Part shown: one piece after another, positions 40,975 through 55,043 of the stretch
Numbering within the stretch: position 1 is the first letter of the stretch
Layout: every line of letters begins with the position of its first letter
Source: Trichoplax adhaerens
Lineage: Eukaryota; Animalia; Placozoa
NCBI RefSeq assembly: GCF_000150275.1
Contig: NW_002060968.1
Coordinates: forward strand, 720,244-784,243
DNA: 64,000 bases
Direction: 5' to 3'
Notes under the pieces: model-generated
Told to the model about the DNA's origin: nothing
Database searches by the model: none
The model's input: only the letters and a program-made list of their open reading frames with translations
Translations under genes and position numbers: made by a program

Positions 40975-43900
40975 TTATTGATTGAGGCTATTTAAGGTCA
41001 GACGTGTCAATACTGCTGCGTGTAGTTCAAGTGCCTAAAGGTAAACATAAACATATGTAAACAAATTACTGGATATTTTGTTAGATACTAATTCGAATTG
41101 GTTTGGCGATTGTAGCTAATTATGATGCAGAACTTTATTCAACGAAGCAATTTCTATTTGTTTATGGTCTACGTACAATTTCATGTAGTCCTAAGTTTGC
41201 TGCGATATGTATAACTTGTTGCCACTGCCGTTGGGTTACACTGTGATATTTTTATCACAAACCATTCAATTGTGTTAATCGGGAAACACAGATTTAATGC
41301 TATTACTTTGTTATCATAACTGGCAATTACAAGACTTACGATATCTCTTGAATTACGAGAGGTAATAAATTCGAATTTGTCTCATCGTAGATGAACTAGT
41401 AAGATGAAAATTAGTAAAAGTTAAAGCTATGTTATTTAAGCAGTAAAGCTAACAAATCAATTCATTCTATGTTCATTTCCTCAAAAATTTAATTTTGTAT
41501 ACTTACTTGCAGCAGATTTTCAATAACATCCCATTTATTTAAGTCATGCAATAAATTAACAACCTACAGTATTATCAATCACGGACAGTAGGAGAATAAT
41601 TATATTAGTAAGCATGCTGACATCTAAGAGTAGTGTAGCATGATTTTCTCTATCATGAATAAGAAAATACCTGATGTACTGAAAGTGGAGCAAAGCTATT
41701 TGATTCTCTTCGGCATAATAATTTACTAACTTCGAATACAGGAAATTCGGATAACAATTGCGTAAAGTCTGTAATTTAATGTTTCAGCTTGAAGTTATTG
41801 ACAATGGTTAAATAATCTCGTATATTTTTATCATGGTGGTTACAAATAGACTCGATGGTAAAGCTGTATTTCAGTTCATTGTATCAATAAAGAATTTCTA
41901 GGTTATTATAGCAATTGAAATCCAAAGAGCATACAATATGAACGGGTAAAATTTATAAATTTTTTGCTTTACCTTTAATTGTATAATTAACTTCTTGACA
42001 ATATGCAAGTAGATTCTGATATAGGCCACGCTTATGGTAGCAGTGAGTAACTTTTTTGTGACATTCACATTGTGAATAAATACTTTGAGCCAGTGTCACA
42101 TACATGGTATATTTTCTAAACGGATGAATAGCCCTATTAACAAAATCGCTATTTGTAGTATTTGAAATATCGCTAAATACTTACTTAAGATCGGTTTCAT
42201 TATTAGAGAAGCTTAAGATGATATCTCCCATGACTTCGCTTAGAGTCAACTATTGATGGAATCAATATTAAAAAATCAAGCCCTTACTATCATTTCTCAG
42301 CATTACTTTTTTGCTAATAGCTATATATAGTATTTGACAATTTAGCGCAACATATTTTCTTGGATGAGAAATAAAAATTTCATATTTATTAATTACGAAT
42401 GAGTACCAAAGATGATACTAGTACCTGTCCTTGGGCAATCCAGTGGACAACAAGATCATCTCTTCCTATAACATGATTGATAAAGGATCAGAAATGACTT
42501 CAAGATAGGAGATGCAATGAAACTCTACTTTTGCAATTTCATCAGCTCATCTTAACTCTCGTCAGTTGAAGAACTGCTAGTGCATTGCAACTACTCAAGT
42601 AAACAGACGATATCATATATCACAACTATTTAAGAATCCACGCGAATAAAGATATGGACCTTCAGTTAAAGCACAGTTGATGTACTCGATGGAATCATTT
42701 ACAGTTGGTCTGTGGCTAACCGCTTCCGCAGAAGACATAATCGCTTCGCAATATGCTAGCAAGGGTGATCTACAGTATAATATCAAAATAACATATGCAT
42801 TTTAATTGTTAGAAAAGGCCGTTTACATTAAACTATTACAGCCAATTATTGCAGATTATCTTTAGGGAAATCTACATAAACATTGTACTGCTCTTGCTGA
42901 TTGATATTACATTGAGAGATACAATCCCTTGGAAGTATGCTGTGAAATGTAATTTACCTGAGTGCTTATTATAAAGATATTAGCTTACCTGCAACTTGCT
43001 TGTTTTTTCGCTTCTTTAAATCGATTCAAAGTTTGCGTCGTCCTTAGAACTCCCTGATCAAAATTTAAAACAATTTATTACACTTTCTAATTGTTAGCGT
43101 TATTATCTACTTCATACATGATAGAAATTAGACACTAACCCTTGGAGAATTAGCAGCATGGATAGCGGCCTGTTCATAATGCTTATCCTGAAATAGCTAA
43201 AAAAATAATAATTGTGAAATTGTATGAAATATAAGGCATTACATTATTATTTTCGTTAATGATTAGTGGTGTAGCCGAACTTCCTAAGGCTACTGTGATA
43301 ACAGGGAATTACATACCACATTAAAGGCTTCAATATATTCCAAAATAATTTCAGCTTCTTTTTCCTTTGTAGGATCCTAAATGATGTTATAAGGTTAAAC
43401 AACTTAAACTCTCGTAACTATATTCCGAAGCAATTACATGTTACATGCTTAAACTGCGGAAGGATCATTCTAATACCATGGATAAATATAAATTCCATAT
43501 TTCAACTTTATATTGACATCACTGTAGTTAAACAATTTTAATAATGAATAAGTAAACAATGAAACTTACGTCCTCATCAAATAAATTACTTTTGGCCATT
43601 TGCAGATCATAAGTTCCGTGATAAGATTCTAACATGGTTAATTTATTAAAGTTTTACAACCATACCGCATCATTTTAACAAAATAGTCGTACTACTGCGA
43701 TAATATTAGTCTTTAGCTCATGTAACTTCTGCAGATGTCATAAGCTTTACCATACATTGTTAGAATGTTCGAAAACATATAATTATAGATATGAAATGAA
43801 CATTGTGATATAGTGACCAGGCATTCTGGATTTAAAGTTAGGATTTAATGATAAAAAAACCTAACGTACCTATAACGTTTTTGAGAACTTTTAAAGTAGA

Positions 43901-46087
43901 CTCAAAATCAATTAAAGACTCATTGGAACCACTTTGTAATAAACAAGTCTGCAAAGCCTTGATTACAAATAAGTATCAGAACGATAAAATGTTTAGATAA
44001 ATCAATGGTGGTTTAAAAGTAGTAATTTCTAATAAAATGGGCTTATATGACGAATATTTACGAATAATATGCAGGCATAAAATTTCATCTTTTACCTCAC
44101 TCGCTACTTTATACATATGCCCCTTAATGGCTAATTGCTGATGATCATCGACAATGCCTCGATAATTATCCTATGTTATGAACCAGGTTATATCCCACAG
44201 ACAATAAAATATTTTAAAAGATCATATGAGTTACTGTTGCTATGCTTTTCTCCAATTCACACAATTAATATGATTTCATCAATGCATGGATTACTTAGGC
44301 GTAATTGTACCTCCTTAGTCGCCCACTGCTTCTTCAGGGTTGCTTGAATTTCTTTAGAAGCAAATCTATCATATGAATTTGTGAAATAATGTTTAAAAGT
44401 TTTAGATACAAGTTTTATCAACTTATTGATGGAGAGAATAAATTGCAGCAATTTTAAATATTTCTTACTTTATATTTTCTGTATCTTTTATTTCTTGAAT
44501 ATCCGATTCGCATTTATCTAACTATAGCACACAGATTACCAAATTAAATGTAGCGAATAAATGCAATGATGTAACCATATTGTCTTAGTTGAATATTTAC
44601 TTCCTGCCGTAATGCTTTAACATTATCAACGTCCTTTTTCGATATTCCTGGAGCATATCCCAAAAAATTTTTTTCAAGCTTGGTAACTACTTTCTTATTA
44701 ATTGTCCTCATTTCTGAAATAAAATAAAATCTCAGTAACCATTTATCACTAGCATTTCTAGGTATTTGCTTAGAAATTAAAATACTACTGCAATTTTTGG
44801 CTCGTTGTTTTGGATTATAAAAGAAATACTATTTGTTTTGTAAACTAATAATTGATATACCTCGGTCTTTACGGATGATATCATTCCTCTTTTTTCTAGG
44901 AATATAGGTAAAATCATGAAATTACTATATGCAATTAGCAATACGAAAGCGTAGTGATCAAATTTCAAAACAATTAGTTGCTGATTACGTTTCTTCCTCC
45001 ATCGCAGCTCTTAGCCTATGTTTTAAGTTGGTAGGAGCGATGAAAATGATTAATTTATTATAAACAATTAGTAAAAAATTACGGAAATAATATCGATGCA
45101 CTATGATACCGTTTGTTGTCAGCCTCGATATAATCTAGTTTTTTCTTTAATTCTGCTTCACGTTTATAATAATTTCTTAATTGATAAAAACATTGGATCA
45201 AACATTCGAATAAAGAAATAATAATATATTTTTTAAAACTGCTCAGATCACAATCTTAAAATCTCTGAATTAGAAAATTGAAATTATTACCCTAGAGTAG
45301 CCTGAGTGTAAGTTAAAGACTTTAGTTTAGACGCAGATAGTATGGCCTCTTCCTTTTCTTGTTCTAAATGATCGATGACATTTTCGTATTGGGCCTATAT
45401 TTTTAAATAGCCAAGTTAATGCCATGTAAATTTTAAAATACTTCTACCAGCTTTTAAAAGGTGTCATTTTGTTATCTAACGCTTTTACAGCACCTTAATA
45501 ATAGCAAGGATATCTTTATAGGATGTAACATGTTCAAGTAGGTGTCCTAGAACTTGCTTATGTACCAAAAACCTCTTCTAAAATATCAGTAGACGGATCG
45601 GTTAAAAGTACTGTCAAATTTTATGATATAAAATTTGCTGCAATCTGTATGATCCTTTCAAAAGTATTTATTTTACATATCTGTAACAAGCATATCCTAT
45701 TAAAGCAAACTTATTGTTCGAAATAAGACTCATTTCATCAAGTACGTTTCCTATTACTTACTTTTCTAGATTGGTGATCAGAGTTCGACGTGTTCTTGAC
45801 TTTTTCTAATTCCTATATTTAATGAAGCGGCAATGATGCATTGTCATAAAAGTTACTGATTAAGCAGATTATATTGAATGTAAAATAAATGACTTTAATA
45901 CCTAAAGTACCACTCATAAAATAAAATGTTAAAGTTCTTATACCTGGTCTAATATATTTTGAAGACGTTTAATAGATTGCTTTTCTTTATCTTCAACTCT
46001 ATCTTCTCCATGGTCAAAGTTCCCTATCTCATCAATAATAGGAGATAATAGTCTCGGTCTTTCCCTGGGTACTTTAAAGTTTTCCAT
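40975..46087 (-). CDS. CLHC1: Clathrin heavy chain linker domain-containing protein 1, multi-exon
   Basis: Spliced exons give LFQDKHYEQAAIHAANSPR/GVLRTTQTLNRFK, SPLLAYCEAIM, DDLVVHWIAQGQ/LTLSEVMGDII and CYHKRGLYQNLLAYCQEVNY (clathrin linker-like). The N-terminal coiled-coil reads RFLVHKQVLGHLLEHVTSYKDILAIIK/AQYENVIDHLE. Putative start MENFKVPRERPRLLSPII; end ALELHAAVLTRLTLNSLNQ*. Confidence 0.85.
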
Positions 46088-49000
46088 ACTATTTTAATTA
46101 ATGCAGAAATAAAACTTTTAGTACATGTTTTACGTTATATACGATAAGTTTAAATCATCACCCAAGCTTTCGTATTGTAATGAAAAATCGTGTTAGTAAT
46201 TTATGTCATTAGAGACACATTAGATTAACTAATAATTTAATGGGTATTTCTATGTCTTTAATGGGAAAACTACTTAATGGATACTACGACATGATTGAAA
46301 TAATATTCAAATGTCTATCGTTTCAGAAATTGTACTGCGAGTGACGTCCTGATACTCATGCTAAATAAACGGTTGGGTAATAAAAACATGGCTATTACAG
46401 ACACATCATTGAAAAAGCTCTATACTTAATGAAAGGAATAGGGATAGCGTTTGATAATCCTAATTTTATGATATTTAGAAGAAGGTATTCGTACAAAATC
46501 TAAGAAACACAGGCAAAATTTTTGAGTTTTAACCCGCATTTATAACCAATGAACGTGCTTGATGATTACCACTATAAACAACACAAAATCGAAAATGATA
46601 AAAGTTTACTGCCCGACATGTATTTTATAGCGCCGTGCCTACTATGCAACACCTAATGTTGACTATTCCCTCATCATTAGCAGTCCTTAATAACTAGCTA
46701 GTTACAAACCCAGATTTTACTGAAATATGAATCAATTTCATAATAATTTAGCTACATAAAGCATTACGGTATTTTGCATTTCTTAGATGGGGTTCCAAAA
46801 GTATACAAACTTTCATGAAGATAATGTCATATCATAGAAAAATAAGTTATCGTTTAATTCTAAGAGACTATTATCAAACGATAGCAATGTTAAGTTTATT
46901 ACTAAAAAGCCATTCTACATAAACCACAAGCGAATTACATTATTTTCTACGCGTATTTTAGAGAATAACAAGACAACAAACTTATATAACGAATATTAAG
47001 ACGTTGGTTTAAAGGCTGATAAAATGGCCCGAAATATATATACAACAATTTTACTAACCTACCTAATTCCAAAGACGTTGTGTTGCAGATTACTTGTTCA
47101 AGCTGTTTTGAAGTGAATAGATTGGCTAATGTACCTAACAAATTTCATTAATCAAGGACATGATAACCCATGATGAGGTTTTGAATTCTGTCAATATCCA
47201 CAAAATGTTAATAAAAGATGACAACCTCTATCATTGCAAGAATACTGCTGCCTCTATTAATAATTATAATTGACTTTACCCGTTATAATAATCATTAGAA
47301 TCTGTGGTGCTTCCATACAGTGGTTGTACCAGAATGCGGCATTAACTTTGAAAGGTTGCCATGATACAGACGGAGTTTGCGTATTAGCGTTCTTTGTCTA
47401 TAAGCGTACATTACAGTACTTCTATGCTGGAATCGGAACGAGCATGCGTAGACGGAACTCCTTCCCATTCCCTGGTTAATGATATCAGTTAATTAATTAA
47501 TCACCGAATTTCTTAAATTTTCTTACTAACTTACCGGGTTGGAGGTTTTTAGGGGTGATTATGGTCATTAAAGCAGCTCTAGTGGAAGACTAAAATTTGT
47601 AAAGGAAAATAATTATATACGCGTAATGATATGATCATGTGAAATTGAATGTAAACCATATCCATACCTTAGAATTAAATGGAGTACTAGTGGATATTCA
47701 ACTCAAGTATTCTTATCGATCACGCATCATTAGATTGTTAAATATAAAAATTTACTTAGCAGTCAAAATGTACGTTCGAAAATGATACATTTGTAAAGTC
47801 AATTAACTATAAATGAGTCGTTAAATCGACTGAAAATGAAAGATTAATTCTCTCCATAGATATAGTGGTTCTATCATGGAAATGTTTAAGAGAGTAAATC
47901 TAACTTGGATATAGTAGCATTGTAAATTTTTTAATCTCCTTAATCTTGACTTAGGCTTATTACATATCTAGAGGCCTAATACATTGATCTATTGCTAACT
48001 ATTTCCCATATTTATTGAAGTAATGCATTAGTAGAGCTGTAGTTGATTGGATTTTACTTCTATTTAGATAAATATACCTTAAAGCTTCATCTGCTGTAGT
48101 ATCGTTTTACTATAGCAAATAAGGCAGGATAAAATACTTATAAAATGATTCTTGTATGATTTGAAAATTAACGATATTGAATAAACAGTTTCAAACGTCG
48201 TAAAATGAATCTGTTTTTAGACGTTATAAGACCTAGCTTACTTCAATCCGATTAAATTGGCACTGATTGCCAAAGATATCAAAACAGCAATCCTATTTCA
48301 CAGTTACTGATAAATACTTAAGAAATCCATCGTGGTAGTATAGATGGATAAGTATAAAATTAAACGGTAAGATAATTTCTATACCAATAGTTAATAAGAT
48401 GAGGTGGCTCTAGTTTTAGTTCCTATCCAGAAGATTAAATCATAGCAAAAAGACTAAATTTACGAGATAAAGAGCACATTTATGCGGTTTTATGCTTTTT
48501 AGTTGACGATAGCAATAATAGAAATTATTAAGGTGCACTTTACAGCAAGAAAATTTAAATTATTAATGGTATTATCCTGTGCGTTTATTTTAAACTCTTC
48601 AATTATGAAAATTTAAGCCGTATAAGCGAGAATATAGAAATGAAAAAAGCATTGGAAAAAGTGATTAATTGAATTAAAATTAACAGTTGGTTTGCCAGTG
48701 AAATAGTTATCTCATCTTCTTAAAGTAAATCGTAATAAATTTACTCTATTCCAAAGTAATATAATTTACCAATGTTAAGTTAGAAGTAATAATCAATAAC
48801 ATAAAGAATGATTATTTGCTGTACACTTTATAGTACTATACTAGGATATTAAATACACAGAATATTTCTTCTTGTTTAAGCATCTGTCAGTAATAATAAT
48901 ACAGTGCTTCGATTAACGAATCTTTACATCAATAAAATTTAATAGTTTACCATTTATTGGCATCATTAGTTAACCAAAATTTGAAAAATTAGTGATATGT

Positions 49001-49847
49001 ACTTGATCCATTTAATATTTAGAATCAGTTTATTGGCGAATATTAACGTAACGTAATGCCAAAATTTTTATTGATGGCTTAAATGGATTTGTGTTGATAT
49101 ATGTACAGTTTAAAATGCAAAGACTCTACATTTTGAAGATAAATAGTTTTCTTAATCAAGCTTTATGGCTTCAAATGCCATTTTGAAACGTTATTCAATT
49201 CTTATATAACGTGAAGAAGAATCAGATTATAATACATACATTAAACATAATTAAGAGTTATTTCTCGTTAATATTTTGAGAAAGTGGCGTTCTAATTCAT
49301 TTTAGAACAAGAAATTACTTTTCAACAGAAAAACAAGCATATTTTGATAAGATTATAAATTATGTAAAGAATAAATTCTGACCAATTATAAAATGTTAAA
49401 ATTTCTCGGTATAACTGACGTTTTCATATAGCTGCGTCACGTTTCAAAATACTAAATAATCATAAACGTGTAGATCATTTTAGCATTGAATAACGAAACA
49501 GAAATATAAACCGATCAACATTAAGTAAGTAATACAGTATACGATAAAATGCCATCTTTTTAGCTGTCATGTTTCTAATAGTAAGGTATAACATTTATTA
49601 TGGCCTCCTAGTATCTTCTATTGCAATTAAAGTAAAGCTCAATAGGTCTTTATGTTTGTATAATTTGTAGGATACATGTGTGTATTCACAAACGGGAGTC
49701 AAGATTATCACTTTTAAAAGTCTTAATAGAGGAAAATTTACAAAGTAAAGTTTTGTAGCCAGAATTAGAGTAATACGCATAGATTACATATATTGTTATT
49801 GAATATAGCTCGTTTCGTTTAACAATAATTACAAGTCCTGTAATTTA

Positions 49848-50459
49848 CTAGAGAAATTCTTCGGTATCTCTTGGGTCCTCTGTACATGGAATTATTTCTG
49901 AAGCACTCATAGTCAAAACTGCTGCTGGAGGTGGAGCACTATCTAAAACAGTCATAAAACGTGGTCGATTATCGCTACCTTCTAAATTGATCGGTGGTAA
50001 TGCTTTTTTCTCCTTTAAATTGATCGAAATTGTTGGTACAGTTAGCGTTGTAAGTGTTTGATCAGTTCTATTTGAATTTTGAAGAGATAACAACGATTTA
50101 TCGTCGGATCTACTAAAAGTTTTTGATCTGTTCGAATAATTTCTATTAAAGCTTTCTCCACTGTCTTCAAATATATTACTTGATAAAGTGGAATGGCTAT
50201 TATTTAGTGTATGACGAAGAAGTAAAGAAACATCGGATAGCGCTCGCCCTCTTCCCTGCTCTCTAATATCAGGTAATAGGTTGTATCTTTGTATGTTCCA
50301 ACCTCTAGAAATTTGCTGGCGTAAGAATTTTTTATCGGTTTCTGGTTCTGTTTGCTGTGCATTATTTGATATTTCTTGAAGGTGGATTTTTTCTTGAGCT
50401 ATCTTGGAGGAAGAAGAATTAATTGAAAGCACATTAGGTATAATCGATTGACTTTTCAT
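49848..50459 (-). CDS. Uncharacterised Ser/Asn-rich, probably disordered protein (single coding exon, ~203 aa)
   Basis: Longest non-repeat ORF in the window. The first ATG is at 50459 (the track starts at an upstream TTG). Composition is protein-like, but I recognise no domain. Confidence 0.65.
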   Translation of the reverse strand: MKSQSIIPNVLSINSSSSKIAQEKIHLQEISNNAQQTEPETDKKFLRQQISRGWNIQRYNLLPDIREQGRGRALSDVSLLLRHTLNNSHSTLSSNIFEDSGESFNRNYSNRSKTFSRSDDKSLLSLQNSNRTDQTLTTLTVPTISINLKEKKALPPINLEGSDNRPRFMTVLDSAPPPAAVLTMSASEIIPCTEDPRDTEEFL

Positions 50460-53400
50460 GTTGTTGATTTCTCTCAATGTTCTGAGGGATATAATTAGGC
50501 CAACGATAATTAGATGATTTGACGACTTTGCTCAAGTCTGCCCGTAATTAACCAGTTTGTTTACTTAACTGAACATAAATGAGCGAATAAATTTGAATCT
50601 TTGATATCCACGGTATTGCCGAAACTGAAGGATGGGAAAGGATAGATTAATAATTATATTTTATTAAATGCTTTTGAGAAATGCTTTGAAATTTTAAAAA
50701 TTCTATCATATAATAAATATTAAATATTAACTAAAATTCATTAACAGTAAACTATAAAAGTTAAAAGTACGCAGTAATAAAAAAGTTTTTACGGTATTTT
50801 GTAATTTAGTTTAATAATATTCTCTTCAATATGATCAGAAAGCTAATTTAAGATGATTTGATTCAATAATTCCTTAATAGAGTATAACAAGAACAATAGT
50901 TTACACAGATAGTAACGTTCATTAGTGGTAGAACAACTAAATGTCCTACTAATAAGATCGATCATGTGATTTATATATTGCAGACCGAAAAGAATATAGA
51001 TTGTAAATACAAAGTAAGGATTGAATACGTATAAAAGACAGTGCTATTAATTAAGAATTGAAAACAAAGTAAATAATAAAGCCACTAATTTTAAAGTTTT
51101 ATAGAATATTGTAGCTTGGGTCATAAGTCTTCTTTTAATATTAATTATTACAGCTATAGATCTTGTTATTAACATTTCACTGATAGACTGTCTTAAATGA
51201 ATTAATTCTTTCTAATATCCCTTTTAATTAATGTCTTATTTAAATCGTGATTTTTCGATATTCTCTTATATAGGCAATGTCAGCTGTTTAATATGAAAAC
51301 TAAAGAAATATTTTGAATATTTCTTAAAATATCTAAAAATTGTAAATTTGAACATAAAATTTGAAAACGTTTAAAATGAGTTGTTAAATGCCCTGCTAAT
51401 GCTAGTAATTCAAGGTAAATAAATATCAGTTGAATTTCATGACTATATTTTTTTTGTGTTGTTTCTTCTGAAGGAATGTTATCGGCAAAAGGCTTCACGA
51501 TTGTTTAAGGCTTATGTATTTACTATCATGGATGCTGGTATGATTTCATAACTCAATGCTTTTAATTTTATACTTCTGATATTAGCTATTTAGCCCGTAC
51601 TAAAATCTCTGTCATATCCTATGAGAACTATTTTATTATCAATTCCTAAGACGAGGATACCTTTATTGTATGCTTTATGCCTATAAATTAAAGTTCATAC
51701 ACAATTTTAGATCGAATACAATTCAAACACTAAAAATAGATACCAGGTAGATGAATTGATCATAAACTGGCATAGAAATAAAATCTTCTTCTAGTCTTTT
51801 AGAACAAGTAAATTGCGGAGAAAAAAGAGATTGTCCCACGCTCATGAGTAATATTAGTAGTTAACTACATATTGTAGCCGATACCATTACTTTTTTAATA
51901 CGTTAATATTTACTTATATGAATTGCTTTTTGAATTACCTAGTCAATGAATATGATAATAGCATAAAATGCTTATTTTGTGATAATTTTCTCTAATGATA
52001 AATAACATAGAAGGAACGGTATACAATTATAATGGCTGTACTGTCTTAATTAGTGATACAAACTGCTAATTTAAAATTGACACGTACTCTGTGGTAAAAT
52101 TAGCTATTTAATTTTCTATTAATCCACACCGCTCACAAAGGTAGAAATAAAGTACCTTTACTAAATTTAGTTCTAGGTCAATGAATATTTAATATGATCT
52201 ATAATAACAATTGACGAATTCTCTTTGTAAAGTATTAACTACTGAATCTTTAAGTGCTCATTAACATTTGAAATAGTTACAACTTTCTATCATTATGGTA
52301 GTAAGGTAAAAATTCTTGTTCAATTCACTAAGTAGTTCTGACGTAAGAAGTAAAGCTTTGCCTGATTTAGCAAGAATTAAGTGCGATCCTATCATAAGAA
52401 AATCAGTAAAACAAATTTTTAACGTGAAAACAGATTAGTTTATTATCGAATAAATCCTTCAAGATCGACGCTTACCTGTTAAAGCATACATTTATATAAT
52501 TAACGATACAGCCAATATCCGATGTCCGTGTATATATATATAAAATTATTTGTGCAATTGAAATTGGCTAACGCCATTTTATTGACGATTTTTTTTACGA
52601 AGAGGAATGATGATTATTGGAATGCGTGAGCAATATAATATTATCGAGTAAACGTAGGTAGCAGGTTGTCGTAGTCATGTAAGCTCTCGAATTGCTTTCA
52701 GTATAGCTCTCAAATCAAGATATCGCTATTTGGGACAATTACTATCGCCTAGCCCATCTCGGATAGATTGCAATGTCTACTATCTATCTCAGATGGCTTA
52801 CTGTCGGCGCTATTGAGATCATTCAACATTTAAATTACGTATGCAAAAGATATCGGTTTACGTCATTTCTGTCTTAAATTGACTTATATCAACGCGACGA
52901 ACTAAAAGTTTTATTACTTCTTGATCTTAAATTTTTGGTTATTTCGGCTTAAATTCTTATAACATTTAATAAGTACATATACTGAATTATTGACGTACCG
53001 CACAGTACAAATTTCTTGTATTACTAATAAAATATAAAATACCGAAACCATGTTGTCTATTTTGAGGTAGTAATTGGAGTTAAGTATAATAGCTGTGAAA
53101 TTTGAAGATTGGGTAATTAATTGCAGAAAAAATAATTCATTTTATCGGGACATAAGTGGCTACAACCAATATCAAGGCGTCGATTAGATTAGATTAATCA
53201 GTATAATTGGAAATTTTGATAATTTCCAGTAAGTTACATATTATTAAGCTATAAAATGCTTTGTAAATATAGCAATAAAATGTGAATGCATTGATTACGA
53301 ACTAATAGAGTATTGCTACGATCTAGCAGATTTCAAATTGATAGGTCTTCATTACTCTATAACTGTGTCTAAGATGTTTTACTATCATTTTCAGTAAAGT

Positions 53401-54413
53401 AAAGACCTACTTTAATTTATGGAGAAGCTACTGCAATCGTATCGTATTAAAAATTACCTCAAATGTGTGGAAGTGCCCAGAGATATCTAGAATTCCACTA
53501 ATTTTCATACTAGACTCGATTTATTTTATATTCTGCTTAAAATATAATTTCATAAAGGACAAGTAATAAGCTGTTATATACTATGAATATTTCATCGTTC
53601 GTAAATGGGATTTCAATAAAAATCCACTAAGTAAAACTACTTTATCTACTCATATACATACATAGTAGTTATGAAGTTACCTATACGATACACTACAATA
53701 TTATTTAATCTTTAATTTAGATAGCATGTTTTTATCCAAAACCTTTGTTTTTACTCTTGTCTTAAAATTCGTGTATTTTATGAATAGAGATTACTGTTGT
53801 CTATAGAATTGCATTTGAAATATTTATCAGCGGAGAAAAAATGTTAGGATCCACGTCTAAAAATAGGTAACATTTATTTTAGCATGCCTGGTAGTACATA
53901 TTTGAAGTAGTTTCAAATATCGGAAGTTCGTTTATACAATTTCTCTTAGATTAATATTATGTAAGTGATACTTTGGACTGTAACCATGGCAATTAATTAA
54001 TACACCTGATCTCTCCCTTAACGTTTCATTAATACAGCTTACTATTCAATGGCATCTTATTCGTGTAGGAGTAATTAAAGATCTATGATTACTGTATAGA
54101 ACTATTAAATGGTGCATCAACTGTTTAAACATTAATATCGCAAGTATATAAAGTTTCGTAAATAGAGTCAATAATATCTGTCTAATAGTATAAGCATAAC
54201 TGGATGGATAAGTGAGCTCTGAAATAGCCAAAATAATGTTTTGAAGAGATACCGTTAATGATTCATAATTTATCTTTTCTTCTGAGTTTCCATATCGTAA
54301 ATCACTTATGTACTGTGGAAAGTAATTTTAGTTCGCATTTGTATAATTTACGCCACAGATCCCGTCAGTATGGCCGTAATATAACACACAGAGAAAAATA
54401 TATAAAGCGCATA

Positions 54414-55043
54414 TGTCACAAAACAGCTTTGCAACAAGATAACGTAATTTACGATCAATAAGTCAATTCCTTGAACCACGTATCAAGGAACGATATCTCC
54501 ACTATCACAAACACTTTTGCTCTACTAGCAGACTACATAAAGACTTAGACGCCTCGTATTTTACGTTAAACACTAAGTTTGAGAATCCACTTTATTACAC
54601 GATATACTGCATTTATATATTATTCCTCAATAGTTCATGAGTCATAGTTAGTACGATTAACTTTGGAATCATTTACTGAATTAGATATTAATTTTAGCTA
54701 CTGCTCCCTTAATGCAGACGACAGTATTTACGTACATAGACATCTGATGACTAATACAGAATAGTCAGATTACGATATGTCCTATCACGGAACATTTCCA
54801 CGATAATTTACAATCTACCATGAGTAAGTTACAATCACAATGATTGGAACTGTAAGTAGATAATTTGCATTCTCCGTTATAACTATTAATTTCAGTATGT
54901 GTATATGTGTCACTGTGATAAAAAGTCAGCGCTATATTAAAACACAGTATCTCCAAATTAGAAGTTAACTAAATAAGGATAGGCTAACAGGATTGTCCTA
55001 AGATAGATATTTCTACTCTAATACAGTATATAACAATGTCACA
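54414..55043 (-). mobile_element. Solo LTR, family A, copy 3
   Basis: TGTCACA...TGTCACA termini with a perfect 5-bp TSD GCATA. Confidence 0.9.
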
